Of a stretch of DNA of 64,000 nucleotides, positions 11,660 through 21,990 are shown piece by piece. The DNA comes from Camelus ferus. Taxonomy: Eukaryota. The notes under the pieces are model-generated. The model did not search any database. It was not told where the DNA came from and saw nothing but the letters and a program-made list of their open reading frames with translations. Within the stretch, counting starts at the first letter, position 1, and each line of letters begins with the position of its first letter. A program made the translations under genes and the position numbers. Location of the stretch: contig NC_045696.1 in assembly GCF_009834535.1 (NCBI RefSeq), forward strand, positions 113,896,001 through 113,960,000, read 5' to 3'.

Positions 11660-12005
11660 ATGTACTTTAAATGGAAACAATTTAGATATCTAAAAAATAG
11701 AAACATGGTTAAATAAACTATAATATATTCATATAGTAGAATATGAAGTCATTAAAAATTATATATTTAAAGTTTTTTTTTAATGATACGGGGAAACTGC
11801 TTAGTGGAAAAAGCAAACTACAAATTTTATCTGATTTTTATAAAAACTGCATACAGGTACAAATGGAATAAAAACCTGAAAAGATACCAATATGTTGATA
11901 CTGACCATCTCTGGATGATGCAATTGTAGGTGGTTTTCATCATCTTTTTGCATCTTTTTTTCATTCCCAACCCTCTATAAGGAGACTCATTTTTTTTAAA
12001 TAATA
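11660..12005 (+). mobile_element. Old L1ME 3' end fragment
   Basis: TGGAAACAATTTAGATATC...TGGTTAAATAAACTATAATATATTCATATAGTAGAATA. Confidence 0.65.
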
Positions 12006-12431
12006 GAAGGAAAAATCCTATTTAGAATGTCATTGGTATACTTGCTACAGACTTGTATCTCATTAATAAGTGTCAAATTTTAATGAATGATTAAAATAGG
12101 TGCAAAAGACATACCTCATGCCCTCAACGAGCTCACACTCAGTGGATGACTGAGACTAACATAGATAATAATTCCTGTTAGAAAATTCTAAGTTCTGCAG
12201 TTGATGACGGGCCACTTGTTCTAATGTTCTACCAAGAACTCCTTCCTTTAAGCATCTGTCTCCTGCTAAATGCCTCAAAAGTTCTTTTTCCATTCGTTCT
12301 TGTGTTTACAGGCCAACACTCAGGAGTCTACCAGTTGGCATTTTGTCAGCATCCCTGCAAGTCTGACTGCTGGTTTTGAAATCCCTTAACTGAAGACTGA
12401 GGCAGAAGTGCTCAGGATTTGGTAGCCCCGT

Positions 12432-12499
12432 GCAAGAGGGTGGAGAGGGAGAGTGTCCCCACTGAGCAAGAGGGTGGGGAGGGAGAGTGTCCCCACTGC
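12432..12499. repeat. 34-bp tandem duplication
   Basis: GCAAGAGGGTGG(A/G)GAGGGAGAGTGTCCCCACTG(A/C) x2. Confidence 0.95.
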
Positions 12500-12569
12500 C
12501 GGTGGCAGGTACCCTGCAATTCAGATTGGCTCAGCAGGCCTCCAGGGAAGACGACGTTAATGAAATCAA

Positions 12570-12680
12570 TGATTCATTCATTCACTTAACAAATATTTTA
12601 TTCAGCTCTTTCTATCTGCTGGACGCTGTCCCAGGCACAGAGACCACAATGTTAAGGAAGAGGCTTACAGTCTAGTTCAG
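12570..12680 (-). mobile_element. L2 3' end
   Basis: ATTCATTCATTCACTTAACAAATATTTTATT...GCTTACAGTCTAG. Confidence 0.75.
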
Positions 12681-12993
12681 GTCTCTCTCAGGATTGTGCA
12701 CAGCAGGTGAGTGGGAATCATGTCTGCAAAGCCAGGACAAAATGAAACAAATTCTCAGGTAACACAACGGCTCTGTGACTCTTAGGAGACACTTCCCTAT
12801 GTTATTTCAAGTCCTTAGTGGCTTCCACTCTAGGTTTTCCCACATTGGACCAAAGGGAGATTTGGAAAGAGAAACCCATCACTGTACAGACAGAACAACA
12901 AAAAGAGTGGTAACTCTTTTTCATACGTGAAGCATCTGCAGAACAAGAAGCAGTAAAGCTCAAGGGTTATAATGAGCACATTCGAAAAGTGAC

Positions 12994-13851
12994 TTTTTTA
13001 AAAAAAACATTGCAATATAGTCAGTTTATAGCCTTGTATCAATTTCTGGTGTAGAGCATAATGTTTCAGTCATATATGTATATACACACACACATATCTT
13101 TGTTTTCATATTCTTTTTCACTGTAAGTTACTAAAAGGCATTGAATATAGTTCCCTGTGCTATACAGTACAAACTTGTTTATCTATTTTATACAGTAGTT
13201 AGTATTTGCAAATCTCCAAATTCCAATTTATCCCTTCCCATCCCTTTCCCCGTCTGGTAATCAGAAGTTTGTTTTCTATGTCTGTGAGTCTGTTTCTGTT
13301 TTGTAAATAAGTTCTTTTTTTTTTTTTTCAGCTTCCACATATAAGTGATATTGTATGGTATTTTTCTTTCTTTTTCTGGCTTCCTTCACTTAGAATGACA
13401 ATCTCCAGGTCCATTCATGTTGCTGCAAATGACATTATTATTTCTTGTGGCTGAGTAGTATTTCATTGTATAAATATACAACAATTTCTTTATCCAGTCA
13501 TTTAGGCTGTTTCAATGTCTTGGTTATTGTAAACAGTATATACAAATGGTCAATAGGGACATGAAAAAAATGCTCAGTATTGCTAATTATCAGAGAAATG
13601 CAAATCAAAACTACCATGAAGTATCACCTCACACCAGTCAGAATGGCCATCACTCAAAGGTCCACAAACAATAAATGCTGGAGAGGGTGTGGAGAAAAGG
13701 GAACTCTCCTACACTGTTGGTGGGAATGTAGTTTGGTGCAGCCATTATGGAAAACAGTATGGAGATTCCTCAAAAGACCAAATATAGACTTACCATAGGA
13801 TCCAGCAATCTCATTCCTGGGCATACATCCAGAAGGAAATTTAATTTAAAA
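12994..13851 (-). mobile_element. 5'-truncated L1 with inverted 5' segment (3' part minus 12994-13538; inverted part plus 13539-13851)
   Basis: Antisense L1 3' UTR abuts sense ORF2 peptide [36 protein letters not shown]. Confidence 0.9.
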
Positions 13852-14777
13852 TGAAAACTAACATTTGTAAAGAGAAAATCAGGAAGACTAGCAGGTGCTA
13901 AGGCCTTTAATCTAACATCCTTACCTCCAAGGGAATTTTATCCATATTAAAGTATCATTTGCAAAGTAACACATGACTTAAAACCCCCAAAATCTGGCAC
14001 TCAGAGTCATTACTGCTGTAATCATCCCATCTCATCCCATCTTCTCCCTCTACTGTTGTTCTCAAGATTCAGGGAGTCTGTCTATTGCTACCATGAAAGA
14101 TCTATCATAACAGCAATTTTTAACATCTCCAGAAAATAGTCTGCTGTTGATAGAATGCCTAGCATAAGATCTGCTTTTCAACAAAGAACACTTTTTTCTC
14201 TTTTTCACTTACTGTCTTAGCTGATGATTCTGTATAAGAGTAATGTAACTTTGGAAATACGGGAAAGGCTTAGATTTTTATTTACTAAAATAACCCTCAA
14301 GAATCCAGTAAATTCTATTCCATTATAAATCTAGGATTGACTAAAGTTATGGTTGTACCTCAGCTGTAATTTACTTCAAAACACTAACTGCCGATTGCAA
14401 ACATGTCTGTCTATGACTCACAGCAGGATATACATCCTTACATTACCCAGTGATACATACATATATAACTGAGAAAAAGGTTCACAAAATAATACTAAAT
14501 GCAATGTACATCTATTCCATCCCATCCTAAATTACATAAGCAAAAGATGTCAGTCCCTTTGATTTTTCACAAACCACTAACTGATCATATTTGCAACTTG
14601 AAAAAAAATATCAATACAGATCATATGATGTCTTTATATGCAAGTGAACATTTGAAGGACTTCATCAGGAATTACTACTCAGAGAGTGGTCAGTTAGCTT
14701 CGTCAAAGACTTTATTCAGGATTTTAACTCCAGAGGTAGCTGGATCCAGTGTCTTTAACTGCATCAAATATCCTTAC

Positions 14778-15259
14778 CTGCCCTCCAATGGAGGACTCAT
14801 CCATGAGCACCAAAGATTTTAGCAATACATTTTACTGGGGAAATAAAAAGTGTTCAAAATACGTGATTGGTCAGAAGTAGCACACGAGCTCTTCCACCCT
14901 TGCATGAATGGAGTGGACTCTGGCAAGTCCAGAAGCCTAACGTCTTTTGAGTTGCATGCAGGGTCATGAAAGTCTTCAGGTCTTGTTCCTGCACCAAACA
15001 TCCTTCCCAATCAGTAGAGAATTGTGATGCCCAATCAGACTAGAAGGTTAGCTAATCCCACCATCAGAATGTTGTCTTGTTGCCTTAGTGCTTGTCCGAG
15101 CACGTTTAAAAGAACAAAACAGGGAATTTACTTGCCTTTGAAAAAGGGTTCTAGGATTATTTTTGTGTCTGCTTGATAATAAAGGTCTGTACATGGGGCA
15201 AAATTTGGTCTGAGATCTCAGTTCACCTGAAGTAAGGCTGTGACAATTACCAAAAGAAC
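14778..15259 (-). ncRNA. Candidate 482-nt non-coding/UTR exon
   Basis: Acceptor tactcatattttttcag|G with branch-like CTCAT; donor CAG|gtaagg; no exon-spanning ORF. Confidence 0.5.
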
Positions 15260-16179
15260 CTGAAAAAATATGAGTAATCAAACTGGGTTGGCTAAATCTG
15301 CAACAAGAAGGTCCTTTCACTTCATTTGTTGCCAATATAATTCTCATATAATACACAAATCAGTATTATTTCATCAAACATTTAACTTGAGATGTGTTTT
15401 AATTTATATAAAGGGATCTTTATCAAATAATTTTTTTAGGACCTAAAACTATCTCAGTTTCTCTTCAATGGATGATTTTTACTGTATTCTAATACAATTT
15501 TGTACAAATTCTGTTTTTCAAACCACTGAGGTCTGATGCTGTATTAAATTAAAATTTGGCATAGGGAAGAGAAAAAAAAAAGAATGGAAGAAAATAGCCT
15601 ATTAAGAGTCAGGAGAAACTTCATTCTATCAAAGAAAAAAACCCTAATCTCAATGGGAAATGTAATAAATTCAAGGCCTAAATAGCTTCCAATTTGTCAA
15701 GTCAGAGTTTAATATTTGTTTTATAACATGAAACAGATGCATCCTTTATAACATTACAATTTGGACTATTAAAGTGAGATATTACTTTAAAAATCTGTTT
15801 GACCTTCTCATGGAATTAAACAGAATGTATATTCTTCATTACCTTCTGTTTATTACTCTATTGTTTTCAATCCTCCTCCCCTCTTTTTGATGGCATAAAT
15901 CTTTATTCAGAGGAATCTAAACACCATGATTGAGCTCCCAGCAGTTTAAATCTGTTTGGCAGAGAACAGTTCACTCACTGTGGCATTCCTAAAAGCAACC
16001 AGGGAGGCCTAGAATTCTCTGAGGCTAGGCCTCATATTTATGTAAATATTTTTAAAAGCCATACACATACCATATGTAATAACAGTGCTATTAAAATAAT
16101 TTTCTAGCTGTACCACATATAGGTGTTAGGGGGGAGTAACAGTACTATTCAAAAAAAAAAAAAAAAAACCACCCCAAAA

Positions 16180-16315
16180 CCTCAGCAGCATTGCTGAAAA
16201 TGTGGTTTCCAGACTCACACTAAATTAGATTCTCTGAGGGTTTGGGCCTGACAATTAATATATTTAACAAGAAATCTGACCAGTTATTGAGTTACTAAAG
16301 TTTGAGAACCACTAT
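16180..16315. mobile_element. MER5-family MITE
   Basis: TTAGATTCTCTGAGGG..ATATTTAACAAG..AAAGTTTGAGAACCACT. Confidence 0.65.
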
Positions 16316-16689
16316 GTTCAAAGTCTGGGTGGAAAACACACACACAAATTCAAAACATCTGAGTTTTCCACTGCTCCGCACAATTATTTGCAAGGGAAAA
16401 AATGCAAGGTATTGTTCAATCAATTAAATAGGAACTTGAATTTTAAGTGGGGATACAAGTAAATCCCTAAAATAGTTAAGGACAAGGTCAGGTATGATTA
16501 AGCACTAGAAACCATGGAATATATTATACCATCATTTCTAAGAAGCACCGCTAAAAAGGAAACATCCAGTAAAGAGAGTTGGTACAAAATTTGGTTTTGT
16601 AAAGAAAGGAAGACTGGAAATGATTGAAACAAAACAAGACAAAACAAAACAACTAGGTGTTTCAGAAAGGCTGATGTCGCAGCAAGATT

Positions 16690-17290
16690 TTTAAAAGATG
16701 AGCTGGCAGGATCAGTTAAAACGCTGGTAGCAGTCATCCGGCTGGAGGCGCTCAGTGCCCGCAGGAGGCTTGCTGCCAAGGAAGACAGAAAGAACGGGGT
16801 GAGTGGACACCCACTTTGAGGGAAGAACTCATGAGACTGTGTGTCTGACTTAATGCAGAAGATGTGAGATATTCCCAAGAAGAAAGTTCTGGTGAGAGAC
16901 AGGGGTGGACAGATACAAAAATGGAGACAAAGGTCTGAGCAAACGGTCAGAGGTAACTGTTTAAAAACTCGTAGTAGCAAAGCACAGGGAAGGGCATCTG
17001 AGAGAAGAGCAGAAGGCCCCTGGCTGAGTCTGACTGATGACAGTCAGAGAGGAAGTGGCTGGATAAGGAGGACAAAGACCCTCAACATGGGGCCAAGGAA
17101 AGAAAGCCGTTAAAGCAGGAGGAGTCCCGCGCTGAGCAAGATGCACAGAAAGATCAAGGAGGGTAAGAGCTTTGAAAATGTCCCTCGCAGTCTGTGGGCG
17201 ACCAGAGGTCAGCAGGACCGCACGGCGCATTTTGTCAAGACTCAGTAAAAGCCAGAAGAGACGGGAAGTTTTGAGATGCAGAAGCAGGAG
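16690..17290 (-). mobile_element. Degraded L2 fragment
   Basis: Purine-rich antisense L2 motifs (GCAGGATCAGTTAAAACGCTGGTAGCAGTCATCC, TTTGAAAATGTCCCT). Confidence 0.55.
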
Positions 17291-18089
17291 ATAGATGTCA
17301 TCTCAGATACTTGGCTTTCCAATTTGCTTAGGTCTATTTAAACCAGTTGGCAACAGGCATAACTAACAATGAAATCTATACCCCCACACTCCTTTTATTA
17401 ATCTTTGTAAATCTATAATCACAGTTATATCTTTCCCCCATCTAATTATTTGTCAAATGGTTTCACCTAACCCAGTGCAAAGTAAAACGGACAGTAGGAA
17501 TATTTAGTGGACATCCCGTTCCCCCATCTCTCCAAATGTCAGCAGTTCTATTCCCTCGGGTCCCTCCCATGCACTGCCTTCTGCTTCAAAAGTCCCATCT
17601 CATGGCGCAGAGTAAGCTGATGAACTAATTTACCAAAACAAAACAAAACAGTGATTTGACATACACCCCTCATTAATGACCACAGGATGAAAACGCTTAA
17701 CCTAAAGAATATACTTTTAATGGCTCCGTCTCAAGTCTGACAGCATTGGTGATGAGGGGTGAGATGGATATGGAGACCAGGGAGACCCCCAGGAGCCTTT
17801 AAATCACACCTGGTGAGTGATTTCCTATTTCATGCATTCGTAGGGGCAGCCTTGAGACAAATTCTTTTCCCTTCTGGAAAATTTAGGATTGAGTAGCAAA
17901 ACTATAAAAGTTTAAATCAGCAGGATGGCTAAATCAGGTATAGCTAAAATGTTCTTCTGTAGATAAATAAATTAAAATAAATTTCCCTTGGAAAACCTTC
18001 CTTTAATTAAATTTTCCTTGACTCCTAGGTTAGGACAGAACCTATTTTAATGCTGTTTTAATATGGCTATTTTAATAATGCTTCCTTTT

Positions 18090-18660
18090 CTTGGGAAACA
18101 AGTGGAATAATAATAAACAATAATAGTATGTTCCCATAAAGGAAACTCTGGAAAATACAGATGAAAGGAGATGGGGGAAAGCTGCCCAAAAATAACTTCT
18201 GTTGTTATTTTGGTGTATTTCCTTCTGAAAGTTCTACTTTGCTTAGGTAACATACAGCTATGTGACCACTTCCCTCCCACCCCATCACATATTAGGCAAA
18301 TTGTTCCATGTTTTTTTTTAATCTATATATACACACATTTTAATGTCTGCCTGTTTATTCTGTTGAACAGATACACTATAACTTACCTCACTGTGCTCTC
18401 GCTGTTAGAAATTTAGGCTACTACTTCACAAAATGCTACATGACCAGCCATAGTCAAATATTTTGGGCACCTGCCCAATGATTTCCTTTGTAATTTCACA
18501 GTCACAGGTTACATACTGCCTCACTGCCAGCTAGGAGGATTGTACCAATTTAGTTCCACCAACAGTATATGATGCTACCCACATCCTTGACAAGGTGAGT
18601 TTTATTTTTTAATCTTTGCTAATCTGACCAACCAAATATGGGTATTTAGGTTTTCTGGTT
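18090..18660 (-). mobile_element. Old L1ME fragment
   Basis: GATTGTACCAATTTAGTTCCACCAACAGTATATGA...AATCTTTGCTAATCTGA. Confidence 0.6.
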
Positions 18661-19729
18661 CTGCTGTTATTAGTCATCTTGTTTCAGTTTTAAACCACAA
18701 ATGAAACCAAATTTATGGCATAACAGAAGCCGAGGTTAACTATTTTCCTTCCAAGACTAAATACCAAATTCCTATGGAACTACTGTTAAAATATATATCA
18801 AATAATCATAATTTATAAGAACATGTACTTTAGATCAGCTTTAATCATAACATAAGGAGGTGATGATTGAAAAAACCCATTAATTTGGGAAGTAAACCTA
18901 GATGTAGTTTTTTAAATGGCTAATACACCATTTCTTGAGCTACTGACCCTTACTCATTGAACCCATAACTTTCTTTTGCCAAACAGGACAAAAAGAAATC
19001 CCCATCATGAAATTTAACTTGGAAAAAACATGATAACATCTAGCTAATAGCTTTCAGAAGCTGAGGTTAAAGTTGTACTTGAGAACCCTCCTTGACAGTT
19101 AATATAGTGATTCCCCTATTTTTCCAGTGCTCTCATGGCCTCCTCATCATGGAAATGGTGTTCTGTTTCTTTCTGAAAGCTCAGAAGAGGGAAAGGAGGC
19201 AAGTCCCATTTATTTACCACGTGCAGTACACCAGGCACCGTGGCAGGCGCTTGACAGGTGCGTGCTGGCTCACACGGACAGATGGAAGATCTTGTCACTC
19301 ACTGGAAGTGGGCTCAGTTAGACTGAATGTCTCCGGGCAGCAGGGTCTCTCCCCTGACAACGGAAGCAATGGGCCAGTATGATTTCCTCTAAGGTTCACT
19401 ACAAAACTCTCAGAAGCAAGTCTCAGATTCAAAAGGTTTCCTTATACCGTAACAATTTCATTAACGGAATTTTACATGCTGAGTTGTACACTGGGATAAA
19501 TCACCATTTGGGTCCTGTTTATTCTTTTCCAAAACATGGAGAAGTGGGATGGCGCATGTAAGAAGAGTTCTTAAGGAAGGGATGGGGTGAGTTACAAAAG
19601 ATTTTACCCTCAAAACATAATGTAAAAACCAAAATACACAAAAATATGGTAATAACAGGATATATATACATACACACATATATCCACACAGCTTCCTCTT
19701 AGTTGCTAGTTATCTAATGGAACAATTAT

Positions 19730-19824
19730 TCATTTCTGTGATTCATCAGGTAAGTACTGAATGCTGATGTGTACCAGGTGCTGTGCCAAGTTTCTGGAGA
19801 AAATCCCTGACATCACAGAGCACA
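19730..19824 (-). mobile_element. L2 3' end (left part, split by Tigger1)
   Basis: CATTT..ATTCATCAGGTAAGTACTGAATGCTGATGTGTACCAGGTGCTGTGCCAAG. Confidence 0.75.
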
Positions 19825-21681
19825 CAAGCCTAGCTTGTTTTATTGTGCTTCACTTCACTGTGCTTCTCAGATAATTGCATTTTTCACAAATAGGTTTGTG
19901 GCAACCCTTCAATGAATAAGTCTATCAGCACCATTCTTCAAACAGCATTTGCTCACTTTGTGTCTCTGTGTCACATTTTGGTAATTCTCACTGTATTCCA
20001 AACTTGTTCATTATTATTTTATTTCTTATGGTGATCAATTATCAGTGAGGGGTGAGGAAGCTGCAGAAGAAAAGTCTGAGGCTGGCAGAGGTTGGTTCAT
20101 GAGGTTTAAGGAAAGAAGTTGTCTCTACAACATAAAAGTGCAAAGTGAAGCCGCAGGTGCTGATGCAGCAGCTGCAGCAAGTTCCCCAGAAAACTGAGCT
20201 CAGATCATTCAAGGCAGCTCCACTGAACAACAGCTTTTCAGTGTACATGAAACAGCCTTATTTTTAAACAAGATGCCATCTAGGACTTTCATAGCTAGAG
20301 AGGAGAAGTCAATATCTGGTTTCAAAGCTTCAAAGGATAGGCTGACTCTCTTGCTTGGGGTTAACACAGCTGGTGATTTGAAGTTAAAGCCAATGCTTAT
20401 TTACCATTCTGAAAATCCTACAGCCCTTAAGAATGATGCTAAATCTACTCTGCCTGTGCTGTAGAAATGGAACAGAGCCTGGATGACAGCACATAAATCT
20501 GTTTACACGTGGTTTACCAAATATTTTAAACCCACTGTTGAGACCTACTGCTCAGAAAAAAAGGTTCCTTTCAAAATATGACTGCTCCCTGACAATTCAC
20601 CTGGTCCCCCGGGAGCTCTGAGGGAGATGGACAAGGAGACCGGTGCTGTTTCCATGCTGCTGACACAGCATCCAGTCTGCAGCCCAAGGAACAAAGAGGA
20701 ATTGTGACTTTTAAGTCTTATTATTTAAGAAATACATTTCGTAAGGCTATAGTTGCCATAAGTAGTGATTCCTCTGATGAATCTTAGCAAAGTCAACTGA
20801 AAACCTCTTGGGAAGGACTCACCATTGTAGATGCCATTAAGAATATGTCTGATTCCCGGGAAGAAGTCAAAACACCAATATGAACAGGAGTTTGGAAGAA
20901 GTTGATTCCAACCCTCAAGGATGACTCGGAGGGGTTCAAAACTTCCTCAGTGGGGGCAGTAAGTGCAGAAGTGGTGGAAACAGTAAGAGAACCAGAATCA
21001 GAAGGGGAGCCTGAAGATGGGGCTGGATTGCTGCCATCTCCTGAGAAAACTGGAAAGGATGAGGAGTTGTTTCTCATGGATGAGCAAAGTGGTTTCCTGA
21101 CGTGGGATCCACTCCTGGTGAAGATGCTGTGGAGACTGTTGAAATGACAAAGGACTGGAGAATATTACATGAACTTAGCTGATAAGGCAGCAGCAGGGTT
21201 TGAGAGGACTGACTCCAATTTTGAAAGAAGTTCTTCTGGGGGTAAAATGTTATCAAACAGCACTGCACGCTACAGAGAAATTGTTCATAGACGGATGAGT
21301 CGATCGATGCAGTAAACTTCATTGTTTACCTTATTTTAAGAAATTGCCCCAGCCACCCCAACCCTCAGCAACCACCAACTGATCAGTCAGCAGCCATCAA
21401 CATCAAGACAAGACCCTCCACCAGGAAAAAGATTACAATTTGCTGAAGGCTCAGATGCTGGTTAGCAGTTTAGCAAAAAAGCATTTTTAAATTAGGGATC
21501 TACATTGTTTTAAAAGATATAATGCTATTATTGCATACCAAACAGACTACAGTATAGTGTAAATCTAACTTTTATATGCATGGGAAACCAAGAAAAAAAT
21601 TCACTTGTCTCACTTTTCTGTGATATTCGCTTTACTGCAGTGGTCTGGAGCTGAACCCCAGTTATCTGCGAGGTCTGCCCG
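19825..21681 (+). mobile_element. Tigger1 DNA transposon fossil with both ends and an internal deletion; transposase disrupted
   Basis: Left end CAAGCCTAGCTTGTTTTATTGTGCTT; right end TATCTGCGAGGTCTGCCCG+TA; peptide [49 protein letters not shown] (pogo/Tigger DDE). Confidence 0.95.
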
Positions 21682-21990
21682 TACAGTGCATTAAGGGACA
21701 CAGAGCAATCCACAAGCAAGCACCCTCTAGTGAGATGCCTAGGATCTGTGGGAACACAGAAGGCAAGGGAAGTTTATTTCACAAAATATCAAAGCTAAAA
21801 CCTGAAGAATGAGTAGGCCAAGCTGAAGAGTGGGTGAAGGGGATGCTTCCAGGCAGGGATAACTGAATCTTTTTCACACAAAGGTGAAGGAGTATTAGAA
21901 GTTGGGGAAAATAAGGTAGTTCAGACTGGATGAGTCTTTGAGGGGCAGAGGGAAGTACCAAATGATTAAGGCTGGATTGATCTTAATGAC
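21682..21990 (-). mobile_element. L2 (right part, continuing after Tigger1)
   Basis: CTGTGGGAACACAGAAGG..AAAGCTAAAACCTGAAGAATGAGTAGG..TTCCAGGCAGGG. Confidence 0.75.

Noticed and set aside
14499..14822. 107-aa plus-strand ORF as a gene or endogenous viral element
   Set aside because: No recognisable protein similarity; length within chance range
16498..16980. 160-aa ORF
   Set aside because: Overlaps degraded L2; L/S/F-biased composition typical of non-coding frames
20273..21147. Domesticated TIGD-type transposase gene
   Set aside because: Multiple stops and frameshifts, and loss of the N-terminus
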